Under the pieces are notes generated by a model. It was not told the DNA's origin and did no database searches. It saw nothing but the letters and a program-made list of their open reading frames with translations. Of a DNA stretch of 37,292 bases, positions 1-8,677 are shown piece after piece; the first letter of the stretch is position 1, and each line of letters starts with the position of its first letter. Origin of the DNA: a virus (taxonomy: Duplodnaviria > Heunggongvirae > Uroviricota > Caudoviricetes); IMG/VR virus record IMGVR_UViG_2703718872_000034, one strand, 5' to 3'. The position numbers were made by a program, and so were the translations under genes.

Positions 1-2091
1 ATGTATGTCATTGCAAAAGAACTGATTGGCGCGCCCGGAATGCCTGCTACAACAAAAGGTATTCGCCAGGCATTACAACGTTACGTACAAGGGAAAAGCT
101 GTTGTTCCCGTCGTCGCTCAGGCTCTAAAGCAACTGAATACAGCATCGACTGTTTACCTGAAGTGACGCAGCAGGCATTACGTGAACGCTATGCCCTGCA
201 ACTGATGACGCAAAAAGCCGATGAATCACCGGCTCCGGTGGTGACAAAGGCCAGGCGCTCACCTGCCGTGGTTGATGCGGTGGAGGCATATCGCGGATCA
301 CCCCAACTGATGGTCGAACGCCTCAATGCCCTGACTGAAAATCAGCGCCAGGTGGCTGATGCACGAATCGCGATCGTCAGCGAAGTTCTGAAAGTCGCGC
401 AACAACCTGGTTTCAGCTGTGCGAAGGCTATCCGGTTTATCGTTGACAACCTGGCACGTTCGCAGCTGGACGAGCGCATTGTGGCAATGGTTGAGACGGC
501 GAACGCCAAAAAGGGAAACAGCCGCGCGTTGAGTGAAATCACGCTGAAACGCTGGATTGCAGCCTTTAACAAGGCGCAGAACGCCGCTGAACGCCTGCTT
601 TTGCTGGCACCGGGTAAACGCCAGGAAATAAAAGCCGAAGATATTAACTGGCTGCCCGAATTTCTGGCGCAGTATCGCCAGTCAAACGGCCGACCAATGA
701 CCGAGGCTTACGAGGATTTTGTTGCTGAATGGCAGCACCGGCACGCTGATGAGCCTTATATGCTCGATATCATGCCGTCTTATGACACCATTCGCCGCGC
801 AATGAAGAAACTGCCGGAAGTGGTGAAACAAAAAGGCCGGGTGACAGGCAGTGAATACCGTCAGCTTGAGGGATTCACGCGCCGCGACTGGTCCAGAATG
901 CCGGTGAATTATGTCTGGATTGGTGACGGTCACGGCATGAAGATGAAATGCAGGCACCCGGTTCACGGTCGGCCATTTGCACCGGAAGTGACCTTTGTTA
1001 TCGACGGTGGCACGCGCTTTGTGGTGGGCTGGAGCCTTGACCTGGCTGAAAATGTTTTCGCCGTAGCCGGTGCCATACAGCACGGCATTCGCCATCACGG
1101 CAAACCGTTTCTGTATTACTCGGATAACGGCTCCGGGGAAACCGCCGACATCCTGGATAAGGAGGTTGTGGGGATCCTGCCGCGACTGGGGATTAATCAC
1201 CCAACCGGGATTGCCGGTAACCCGCAGGGACGGGGCATTATCGAACGGCTTAACCGCACGTTACCGATGCGCATAGCCCGTAAATACCGCACCTATATCG
1301 GGAAAGGTGCAGATCGCGAGACGTTACGCAAAACCAACCGCGATTTACGCTCGGCATTTACTGCCCTGCAACAGGGCAAACGGCTGAACGCCCGGCAGCA
1401 GTCAGCGATGCGTGATTTACCGTCCTGGTCTGAACTGATTGATGCCATTCGTGACGGTGTTGAGTGGTACAACAACCGGCCGCACGATGAATTACCCATG
1501 AAGCCGAACGGGAAACATTACAGCCCGGCGGAGTTCAGAAAAAAACGCCTGGCGGAAGAGGACACTGAAATTGAATGGCTGTCCGATGTTGAGCTGCGGG
1601 ATATGTTCCGGCCGATGGTGGAACGCCCTGTAAGACGCTGTGAAATACGCTGGCTGAATAATATTTACTACGCGCCCGAGCTGCGTGATGAGCATGGCCG
1701 CAAGGTGCTTATCAGCTATGACATTCATGATGCCGAACGAATTACCGTACGTCGCCTGGATGGCAGCGTGATTTGCGAGGCGGTATGGGACGGTAATAAA
1801 CGCGAAGCCTTCCCGGTCAGCGCGGAATACTACAAACAGCAGCAACGCCTTAAAGGCATGCGTAAACGCGCAGAGGAAAAAATCCGCGATGCTGAGGATG
1901 AAGTGGTTAACGTGCTGGAGCACAAGCCGCAGGAGCCATGGCTGGAAAACATCTACCGCCCGGTGGGTAATACGGTGACCGTTCAGCGACCAGCCGTTGA
2001 TGATGAACCTGATGAAGAATACGAGCGTAATTTCCAGCGGGGATTGCAGTTGCTGGAAGCGAAATTAAAAGAAAATGACCCGCTGGCCTGA
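1..2091 (+). CDS. A: Mu-type transposase A
   Basis: 696-aa ORF; N-terminus resembles the MuA N-terminal DNA-binding region; WIGDGHG segment matches the region of the first catalytic Asp of MuA; followed by a MuB-like gene; start coincides with window edge so the true start could lie upstream. Confidence 0.88.
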   Translation: MYVIAKELIGAPGMPATTKGIRQALQRYVQGKSCCSRRRSGSKATEYSIDCLPEVTQQALRERYALQLMTQKADESPAPVVTKARRSPAVVDAVEAYRGSPQLMVERLNALTENQRQVADARIAIVSEVLKVAQQPGFSCAKAIRFIVDNLARSQLDERIVAMVETANAKKGNSRALSEITLKRWIAAFNKAQNAAERLLLLAPGKRQEIKAEDINWLPEFLAQYRQSNGRPMTEAYEDFVAEWQHRHADEPYMLDIMPSYDTIRRAMKKLPEVVKQKGRVTGSEYRQLEGFTRRDWSRMPVNYVWIGDGHGMKMKCRHPVHGRPFAPEVTFVIDGGTRFVVGWSLDLAENVFAVAGAIQHGIRHHGKPFLYYSDNGSGETADILDKEVVGILPRLGINHPTGIAGNPQGRGIIERLNRTLPMRIARKYRTYIGKGADRETLRKTNRDLRSAFTALQQGKRLNARQQSAMRDLPSWSELIDAIRDGVEWYNNRPHDELPMKPNGKHYSPAEFRKKRLAEEDTEIEWLSDVELRDMFRPMVERPVRRCEIRWLNNIYYAPELRDEHGRKVLISYDIHDAERITVRRLDGSVICEAVWDGNKREAFPVSAEYYKQQQRLKGMRKRAEEKIRDAEDEVVNVLEHKPQEPWLENIYRPVGNTVTVQRPAVDDEPDEEYERNFQRGLQLLEAKLKENDPLA

Positions 2092-2167
2092 AATAAAAAA
2101 ATAACCCGAGCGGCGACTCAGGTTATTTGATTAAACAAAGGTATCTATATAAACGCGAGGTAATAAT

Positions 2168-3100
2168 ATGACCGATATTAACGATGTAATCAAGACCATT
2201 GATGAACTTATTGATGGCGGCGTACTGACGCAGTATGTCATCGCCAGAGAGGCGGGAATTTCCGACGGCACATTATCGGCTTTCCGCAAAGGGAAATATA
2301 AAGGAGACAATGATGCTATAGCAGCGACTATGCTCTCCTGGTACAAAGACTGGAAAAAGCGGCCTTCCCTGCCGGAACCGCCGCAGTTTGTGGAGACACC
2401 GACGGTACGGGAACTGCGGGCGGTGTTTCAGGCGGCACGCCTGATGGGCTGTATTAACATCATTGTGGGCGTACCAGGTGTGGGTAAAACAGTCACCGCC
2501 AGCAATTATTGTCAGGAGCAACCGAACACCTGGATGATCACCCTGTCTCCCGCGCATTCCAGCGTCACTGAGTGTCTGCTGGAGCTGGCAGAGGAGCTGG
2601 GGATTGATTACACCCGCGCGAACAAGGGGGCGTTATCCCGCGCCATCCGCCGTCGCCTGATGGGAACGCGTGGACTGGTGATTGTGGATGAGGCGGATCA
2701 TCTTGGTATTGACGGTCTGGAGCAGATCCGGGCAATCCAGGACGCCACGAGTGTAGGGATGGTGCTTATCGGTAACCCGAAAGGACTGTTCTCAGAATCG
2801 CGTAGTGACACGAATAATTTAGCACGCCTGTTCAGCCGTATTGCCAGGGTTAAACAGTTGCATGAGGCCAAAAAAGAGGATGTGCTGGATATTGCCGGAG
2901 CATGGGGTATCAGTGGAGAGGAAGAGCTGGACGCCATGCAGGCTATCGCTGAAAAACCGGGAGCATTACGCGTTCTGACACATACGCTTAACCAGGCATG
3001 GATCGCTGCCAGCGGTGAAGGTACGACGCTGACAAAAAAACACATTAATACGGCCTTTAAAGAGGTTTATACAGAACCCGATTCGCTATTAAAGGTGTGA
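2168..3100 (+). CDS. B: transposition ATPase MuB-like
   Basis: 310 aa, Walker A GVPGVGKT, size and position immediately after A as in Mu; RBS GAGG upstream of ATG. Confidence 0.88.
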   Translation: MTDINDVIKTIDELIDGGVLTQYVIAREAGISDGTLSAFRKGKYKGDNDAIAATMLSWYKDWKKRPSLPEPPQFVETPTVRELRAVFQAARLMGCINIIVGVPGVGKTVTASNYCQEQPNTWMITLSPAHSSVTECLLELAEELGIDYTRANKGALSRAIRRRLMGTRGLVIVDEADHLGIDGLEQIRAIQDATSVGMVLIGNPKGLFSESRSDTNNLARLFSRIARVKQLHEAKKEDVLDIAGAWGISGEEELDAMQAIAEKPGALRVLTHTLNQAWIAASGEGTTLTKKHINTAFKEVYTEPDSLLKV

Positions 3101-3102
3101 TT

Positions 3103-3324
3103 ATGGTTGTATTTAATATTCCTGATATTTACGGACGCTTTTACCTGATTAATTTCGATAACGTGAAGGTGATTTCACTGGCCGAAAATAAAGAATGTGG
3201 CGATTTACTTTTTGAATTTAATGACCGCACACGAATGGTGATATCTGCCGGACTTGATCGCGAAGGTGCGACAGAAGTTTACAGCGGAATATGCCGTTCT
3301 GTTGGTGCGAAACAAGTCAGCTAA
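3103..3324 (+). CDS. small early protein, possible Kil-like by position and size (73 aa)
   Basis: ORF overlapping B stop; first gene after B as kil is in Mu; no motif recognised. Confidence 0.35.
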   Translation: MVVFNIPDIYGRFYLINFDNVKVISLAENKECGDLLFEFNDRTRMVISAGLDREGATEVYSGICRSVGAKQVS

Positions 3325-3336
3325 ATGAGGTGTTAT

Positions 3337-3594
3337 ATGAATATGCAATCCTGCGGTAACAAAATGAATTTATTCGACTCCCTGAACAGCGCGCGCCGTC
3401 TGACCGAACTTGCCGGTGCGGTACTGGAACGCAGCAAACGCTACCCACAGCGCTTTGCACTGAAAACCACGCCGCCGGTAGGTGAGGTTCAGGGGAGTGG
3501 TGAGGAAATTGAAATCACCGTTAAGACCAACGGCCTGCGCCGCCGTGTGAAGGCCACCCGTATAAGCGGATGCACGGTTTACTGGGAAGTATGA
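3337..3594 (+). CDS. hypothetical early protein
   Basis: ORF with GAGG RBS before ATG at 3337; longer ORF from 3325 possible. Confidence 0.35.
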   Translation: MNMQSCGNKMNLFDSLNSARRLTELAGAVLERSKRYPQRFALKTTPPVGEVQGSGEEIEITVKTNGLRRRVKATRISGCTVYWEV

Positions 3595-3668
3595 AGTTGC
3601 TTCATGGTTCGGCTCTGTCATCAGGTCAGACGCCGGGTCAGTTATCCGAACAAAACGAGGACCAGAGG

Positions 3669-3941
3669 ATGAGTAAAGTCGTACGCATTATTTTCGAATA
3701 CAAGGAGCACGTTATCCATAAAAACGCGGATGGAACAGTGCACATGGGGGTAAGTCTGGACATACGTTCAACCGGGATAAAGCAGAAAGGTGATGGACCT
3801 GCCATGATTTTTGGGGTGGTTATGCTCGCGGAAAGCAGAGACTTTGCTGAACTTGTGGCAATGAAAGCCAGTGCGCTCATGAAAGATATGAACATGAGTT
3901 CCGGGGTTATTAAAGGTAATGAATTTAATCAGCAGGGGTAA
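3669..3941 (+). CDS. hypothetical early protein, paralogue 1 (MSKVVRIIFEY...)
   Basis: ORF with internal ATG preceded by GAGGA; N-terminus homologous to next gene. Confidence 0.45.
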   Translation: MSKVVRIIFEYKEHVIHKNADGTVHMGVSLDIRSTGIKQKGDGPAMIFGVVMLAESRDFAELVAMKASALMKDMNMSSGVIKGNEFNQQG

Positions 3942-3945
3942 TTCC

Positions 3946-4239
3946 ATGAGCAAAGTACGCGTTATTTTTGAATTTGACCACGTAATGCATGAAGTAAAGC
4001 CAGCCGGTAATGATAGTAAGGAAATCACGGAGGGGGTTACTGCCACGGTAAAAATCGAACGTAATACAGAGAACAGACCGGCAGGACCCTGTGATGTTTA
4101 TGCACAAATTCTTAAATATCACAGCCCCACAATTATTCAGTTTCTGACAGATGAACTACAGGGTTCCATGCAGGCTATGGGGGTGAAAAGCAGCATTGAG
4201 CGCCGTTCTTTGCAGAACGCACCAGATACATTGCAATAA
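3946..4239 (+). CDS. hypothetical early protein, paralogue 2 (MSKVRVIFEF...)
   Basis: ORF starting 5 nt after previous stop; shared N-terminal motif MSKV-R-IFE with preceding gene. Confidence 0.45.
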   Translation: MSKVRVIFEFDHVMHEVKPAGNDSKEITEGVTATVKIERNTENRPAGPCDVYAQILKYHSPTIIQFLTDELQGSMQAMGVKSSIERRSLQNAPDTLQ

Positions 4240-4250
4240 GGAAAAACAAA

Positions 4251-4781
4251 ATGGCTAAACGCGTTACAAAATTAAAGGCCGCAGCCGAGGCTGCACCACA
4301 GACCCGTGAAGAGGTTAGCCGCGATATCCGCACCCTGGGCGATATTCAGCGAGAGGCGCTGCGCCTGGAAACGGCAATGAATGATGAAGTGGCAGAAATC
4401 ACCGCCCGTTATACGCCGCAGATTGAAAACCTTAAAAAAGAAATCAAAGTGCTTTTTAAGGGGATTCAGGACTGGTGTAAAACCAACCGCGATGAGCTGA
4501 CGAACGGCGGCAAAACAAAAACTGCCAATCTGACCACCGGAACGGTGTCATGGCGGCTGGGAACGCCATCATGCAGCGTCAGCCGTGATGTGGAAGGTGT
4601 GATTGAAATGCTGCGCCGTATGGGCCTTGAGCGTTTCATCCGCACGAAAGAGGAAGTGAATAAGGAAGCGGTCCTGGCGGAGCCGGATGCGGTGAAAGGG
4701 ATTGCCGGTATTAAGGTGAATAAAGGTGCTGAAAGTTTTTATGTCGAGCCTTTTGAACAGGATGCCGGACTGAATAAATAA
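4251..4781 (+). CDS. gam: host-nuclease inhibitor Gam (Mu Gam family, Ku-like)
   Basis: 176 aa; strong similarity by recall to Mu Gam (RLETAMNDE..., ANRDELTNGGKTKTANL, RFIRTK-E-NKEA); RBS AAGGA. Confidence 0.85.
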   Translation: MAKRVTKLKAAAEAAPQTREEVSRDIRTLGDIQREALRLETAMNDEVAEITARYTPQIENLKKEIKVLFKGIQDWCKTNRDELTNGGKTKTANLTTGTVSWRLGTPSCSVSRDVEGVIEMLRRMGLERFIRTKEEVNKEAVLAEPDAVKGIAGIKVNKGAESFYVEPFEQDAGLNK

Positions 4782-4865
4782 CACTGCATTAATCAATTAA
4801 ATATCACTTCATTTTAATTATGGCGCTTGCGTCAGGGGACTGCTCGCGCCTGAATGAGGCATATC

Positions 4866-5444
4866 ATGAGTATAAAATATCGTTATTTTAAAATGAATGA
4901 GCGCGATTCCCGTCATTATCACAGGGAATGGCTTGATTGCGCTGGCAGGGAGCGCCAGAAATTGATTGATGATTTTCTCAGTAATCATAGAGCTAAAGGA
5001 TACCTTTACTTCTGGTGTTGTGGGCATATTTTTGTCACATCAATACTGGTTCATGAGGATGTTGATGTCGGAAGAAATAAGCGGGTGCTGTCTGATAAAT
5101 TTGATGAAGATGGCCGCGTTTTATTTTCAGTTAAGCCCGACCGCAGATTCAGAGAGGGAAAAAAACTGAACAAAGCACTGAATATCTTAAACGAGAAGTT
5201 AAAACAGCTTCCGTCATTCAGTACCTGGATGGTTAATAAACTGGACTGCTATTTTGAGGTTTTTGGTGTCAGCAACGGCCGCACAGTTATGGCGTGCTCT
5301 TCTGCCGGGTTCTATGGCGACAAAGGGGCTGTTGTGGTTCGTATTCCTGTCGGTGAATCAGATAATGCCTTTTCACCTGAAAAGCTGCATCCGTCATTGA
5401 TGGCAATCAAGCATTCCGAATTCATCGCAATAACGGAGGAATAA
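4866..5444 (+). CDS. hypothetical protein
   Basis: ORF preceded by AT-rich intergenic region; GAGG RBS before ATG at 4866 (alternative ATG 4854). Confidence 0.45.
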   Translation: MSIKYRYFKMNERDSRHYHREWLDCAGRERQKLIDDFLSNHRAKGYLYFWCCGHIFVTSILVHEDVDVGRNKRVLSDKFDEDGRVLFSVKPDRRFREGKKLNKALNILNEKLKQLPSFSTWMVNKLDCYFEVFGVSNGRTVMACSSAGFYGDKGAVVVRIPVGESDNAFSPEKLHPSLMAIKHSEFIAITEE

Positions 5445-5447
5445 TTC

Positions 5448-5981
5448 ATGATTGATGCAAAAGTGCTTGAAGGGGTTAAAAACTGGCTGCGTATTTACGG
5501 ACGTCTGACCTGCGGTGTTCTGGCTGAAAAAATGAATATGCCGCCATCCTCGATGGTTTATTTTCTGCGTGATGCGGTTGATGCCGGGGTGCTGACGGAA
5601 TGTAACGGTTTTTATGATATTCCGCGTCCCCGCCCGGTGCAGCCGGTTCGTCGCAAATGCAGCCAGGAAGGTGCGGCTGATGATGTTCAGTGGTGCAGCT
5701 TCAGAAAATCCCTGCCGTGGATTGAGGGGCATGATATTCCGTCGATGGCGTGGGAATTTGCTCAGGGCGTACTGACCTGCGAAACCGTTTATGTGGTGGC
5801 TGAAGTTGATGAGCAGGCCATGAAAGAAGGCGTGCCCCAGTTTGTGATGGCGTATATCGACATCCGCCTGGGCGTCATTATCTGCGGTTTAAGCGGCTGG
5901 AATATCACCTCGCGCGTTCTGCGTTACCTGATTGTTGACCGGACAGCGGCACCGGCCGCGATTTCTGCGGAGGTGGCGTAA
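5448..5981 (+). CDS. hypothetical protein, possible N-terminal winged-helix
   Basis: ORF tightly packed after previous gene; no family recognised. Confidence 0.45.
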   Translation: MIDAKVLEGVKNWLRIYGRLTCGVLAEKMNMPPSSMVYFLRDAVDAGVLTECNGFYDIPRPRPVQPVRRKCSQEGAADDVQWCSFRKSLPWIEGHDIPSMAWEFAQGVLTCETVYVVAEVDEQAMKEGVPQFVMAYIDIRLGVIICGLSGWNITSRVLRYLIVDRTAAPAAISAEVA

Positions 5982-6496
5982 TGTTCTTTAAAACTTCAAA
6001 CCCTTCCGCGCTGGCTGCGTGGCAAAAATACCAGCAGGACTGCCAGACGGTAAAAGATGAGGCAAAACGCCTTGAGGCTGTGCTGAATGTTGCGTGCCGC
6101 CCGGTATTTGTATCCGGTATCAGTGGATTTTGTTTTAAGGGGCTGCGCTTTATGGATGACAAATATCCTTTTCATCGCGACTTATGGAGAAAACCGACTG
6201 CGTCGAATGGCTGGAGCTGCACGCCGCGCACATCACGTATACCTAAAACCCTGCGTGTTGCCTCTGATGAACTGAACAGTCTGTGGCGTGAATATTCGCC
6301 CGTCACGTATGCCAGAACCGATGCGCTGTTGTTCTGGCTGGGCATTGACTTCTCGGCAATACTGTTTGGCCCCGTTAAGTGGTTCTGCGTTGACAATGTT
6401 ATTTACCTTCAGTGCGAAGATGATTCCGCAAAACGGAAAATGACCGAAATTCTGTCTGATGAGTTTTATGCTGCTGAAAAGCGAGTCAGGGGGTGA
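5981..6496 (+). CDS. hypothetical protein
   Basis: ORF with ATGA overlap to previous gene. Confidence 0.45.
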   Translation: MFFKTSNPSALAAWQKYQQDCQTVKDEAKRLEAVLNVACRPVFVSGISGFCFKGLRFMDDKYPFHRDLWRKPTASNGWSCTPRTSRIPKTLRVASDELNSLWREYSPVTYARTDALLFWLGIDFSAILFGPVKWFCVDNVIYLQCEDDSAKRKMTEILSDEFYAAEKRVRG

Positions 6497-6499
6497 TGT

Positions 6500-7051
6500 A
6501 TGATGATATTACAACCCATGGGACGAAAAGGTCGGGCACCCGCTCATGTCCGCGCATGGACACCTGAAGAAGATGCACTGCTGATTGCGCTTTATCCATC
6601 CACCCCGGTTAAGGATATTGCTGTCAGAGTAAAAAGAAGTTACTGGGGAGTATATAACCGGATTGTTTTATTACGCGGTACTTACCCGGAGTTGCTCAAA
6701 TGCAAACGTCCCAGATTTAAACATGATGAAGATAAATTTATCCGAAAAAATGCCAGAACAATGACCGGTAAGCAAATAGGAGAATATCTGGAGCGAGACC
6801 GGGATTCTGTCCACAATCGGGCGCGATATATTGGCGTAAGCATGAAAAAATACGGAGAATTACTGCCTTTTACCCGCATACCTGACGATGATGTTCATCT
6901 TATTCGTGAATTACGGGATGCTGAATCACCACGACGTCTTACCTTCCGGGAAATAGGCGAGAAATTTGAATTATCCGAGAGTACGGTGAATTTTATTTAT
7001 CACCATCGCCGGACTGCCGGGGATGTTGTATTACGGGAGTTAACGCCATGA
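6500..7051 (+). CDS. hypothetical protein with three internally repeated helix-turn-helix-like segments
   Basis: 183 aa; repeated segments PVKDIAVRVKRSYWGVYNRI / MTGKQIGEYLERDRDSVHNRARYIG / LTFREIGEKFELSESTVNFIYHHRR. Confidence 0.45.
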   Translation: MMILQPMGRKGRAPAHVRAWTPEEDALLIALYPSTPVKDIAVRVKRSYWGVYNRIVLLRGTYPELLKCKRPRFKHDEDKFIRKNARTMTGKQIGEYLERDRDSVHNRARYIGVSMKKYGELLPFTRIPDDDVHLIRELRDAESPRRLTFREIGEKFELSESTVNFIYHHRRTAGDVVLRELTP

Positions 7052-7380
7052 TAACGACCTTATTTGTTGAATCAGACGAACCTCTGGTATGTGCCGCCGG
7101 GATGCCGGTCTGTGGCGGAACCCTGACTGGGGTTTATTTCGGGGATTTGCGCGGTTATCCCTGGCATTCACTGAATGATGCTTTCCCGCCTGATATGGAG
7201 GCTGTTGTACTGATTGTTCAGTACGGTCACCGACAGGAGCTGCGCATCGGCCATATCGGGTATGAAGGTTTTTTTGTTGATGAAGAAACCGGAGCCTGCC
7301 TTGAAGATGAGGACGGACAGGTGACGCACTGGTGTCATATTTCGGCCTTACCGGAATTACAGGGGATACATAATGGATGA
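7048..7380 (+). CDS. hypothetical protein
   Basis: ORF overlapping previous stop by 4 nt. Confidence 0.4.
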   Translation: MITTLFVESDEPLVCAAGMPVCGGTLTGVYFGDLRGYPWHSLNDAFPPDMEAVVLIVQYGHRQELRIGHIGYEGFFVDEETGACLEDEDGQVTHWCHISALPELQGIHNG

Positions 7381-7513
7381 GCAAATTGTTGAATGTCCCA
7401 CCTGTGGAAATGAGGCTCCGGAGTATCTGAAAGAGTGCCCACATTGTGGTGAGGTAAAATGTAATCACTGCGATATGGGCGACGACACTGCATGTATGAA
7501 TTGTGAGGATTAA
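7373..7513 (+). CDS. small Cys-rich protein (46 aa) with four CxxC pairs, zinc-ribbon-like
   Basis: Not in ORF track (<60 aa); ATG at 7373 overlaps previous gene end; translation MDEQIVECPTCGNEAPEYLKECPHCGEVKCNHCDMGDDTACMNCED. Confidence 0.4.
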   Translation: MDEQIVECPTCGNEAPEYLKECPHCGEVKCNHCDMGDDTACMNCED

Positions 7514-7517
7514 TAAT

Positions 7518-7805
7518 ATGGAAAAAGAAATCAAATTTGCTCCTAAAGATATCGACGAAGAACTGGCTAAAATCGGCATGCTTGAACGTATGCGGGACAT
7601 TATCGAATATGCGATAAAAGAAAATCTTGCAGCCAGAGAAGCCCTTTTGATAATGGAGCGGGAGATTAACCTGATTAAGGATGCTGTATCTCTGGATAAT
7701 AAAATAGCCCGCGAGGAATACGTTCGCCGCAGGCTCGGTGTTGATGGTTCAGCAATTCTTACATCTGAACATTATGCAAAAATTTTTAATCTTTTTCAGC
7801 GGTAA
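7518..7805 (+). CDS. hypothetical helical protein
   Basis: ORF, ATG at 7518 just after previous stop; 3' end overlaps convergent minus-strand ORF. Confidence 0.4.
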   Translation: MEKEIKFAPKDIDEELAKIGMLERMRDIIEYAIKENLAAREALLIMEREINLIKDAVSLDNKIAREEYVRRRLGVDGSAILTSEHYAKIFNLFQR

Positions 7806-8025
7806 TCCCCATGCAGGCCCGGAGATTGTCGAAATGCCAGTCGGTATTAATATATGAGCCATCCTGGATCTCTTCTGCATTTTCCGGGGTAGAGTTTTTT
7901 TGAGCGAGATTGATAATATGTATTGCCTCCTCACGGGAAATAACCCCCTTATCGAACAGGGTTACCATAAGATTTCCAGCCATTGTGAATGCGGCAACAT
8001 CAAGGGCATTTTTTATATCTGACAT
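7786..8025 (-). CDS. hypothetical protein (79 aa) encoded antisense to the early operon
   Basis: Minus-strand ORF with AAGGAA RBS about 8 nt upstream of ATG; only minus-strand gene in the early region. Confidence 0.4.
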   Translation of the reverse strand: MSDIKNALDVAAFTMAGNLMVTLFDKGVISREEAIHIINLAQKNSTPENAEEIQDGSYINTDWHFDNLRACMGITAEKD

Positions 8026-8053
8026 AGATTTTTCCTTTTATGTTAATTGACAT

Positions 8054-8081
8054 GGCGGTGCGGTAACACCGCCCATTTTTT
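8054..8081 (+). terminator. intrinsic-terminator-like hairpin (GGCGGTG / CACCGCC, loop CGGTAA) followed by T6
   Basis: Perfect 7-bp GC-rich inverted repeat plus TTTTTT read directly from sequence, 15 bp upstream of the GemA-like start. Confidence 0.45.
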
Positions 8082-8095
8082 ATGGAGCCACGATA

Positions 8096-8608
8096 ATGAA
8101 TCGCGCTTCCCTGATTACCTTAATACATGTCGCAAAACGCGATCTACAGCTTGACCGGGAGACCTATACATCCGCGCTGCTGGCAGCCACCGGCAAAACC
8201 AGCTGCCGGGATATGTCACCGGATGAGTTATCCCGCGTGCTGGATGTTTTCAAAAAACGCGGTTTTAAAGTGCGTCAGAACCCGGTTAACCGGGCCTTAA
8301 AACCGGGTACAGTGACCGCTAAAATTCGCGCCATCTGGAAGGTGATGCACCGGCAGGGCTTTATCTCTGATGGTGCGGAAACCGCTCTTAACCGCTGGGT
8401 GAAATCGCAGACGGCCGCGCAGAACGGCGGCGAAGGTGTGGCAAACTGGCAGTGGCTGGAGCAACACCCCGCCCTGGCCTCAGATGTGCTGGAGCGTCTC
8501 AAGCGATGGCACCGCCGCAAAATGCTGGCCGCGATGGGAATGCCCGAACGCACGCTGATGGGGTATGACGCCGTTTGCAGGCAGTATGAAAAATCACTTC
8601 CCCGTTAA
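8096..8608 (+). CDS. GemA-like protein (Mu gp16 family)
   Basis: 170-aa ORF in the position of Mu gemA, before the Mor/C gene; GGAG RBS; family assignment by recall only. Confidence 0.55.
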   Translation: MNRASLITLIHVAKRDLQLDRETYTSALLAATGKTSCRDMSPDELSRVLDVFKKRGFKVRQNPVNRALKPGTVTAKIRAIWKVMHRQGFISDGAETALNRWVKSQTAAQNGGEGVANWQWLEQHPALASDVLERLKRWHRRKMLAAMGMPERTLMGYDAVCRQYEKSLPR

Positions 8609-8612
8609 CCCC

Positions 8613-8644
8613 AAATCCCGCCACAACGCGGGATTTTTATTTTA
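8613..8644 (+). terminator. rho-independent terminator (9-bp stem AAATCCCGC / GCGGGATTT, loop CACAAC, T-rich tail)
   Basis: Perfect inverted repeat followed by TTTATTTT, immediately after GemA-like stop. Confidence 0.7.
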
Positions 8645-8677
8645 AACTTACCGGGAACGCGAGAACCGGAGGCTGAT

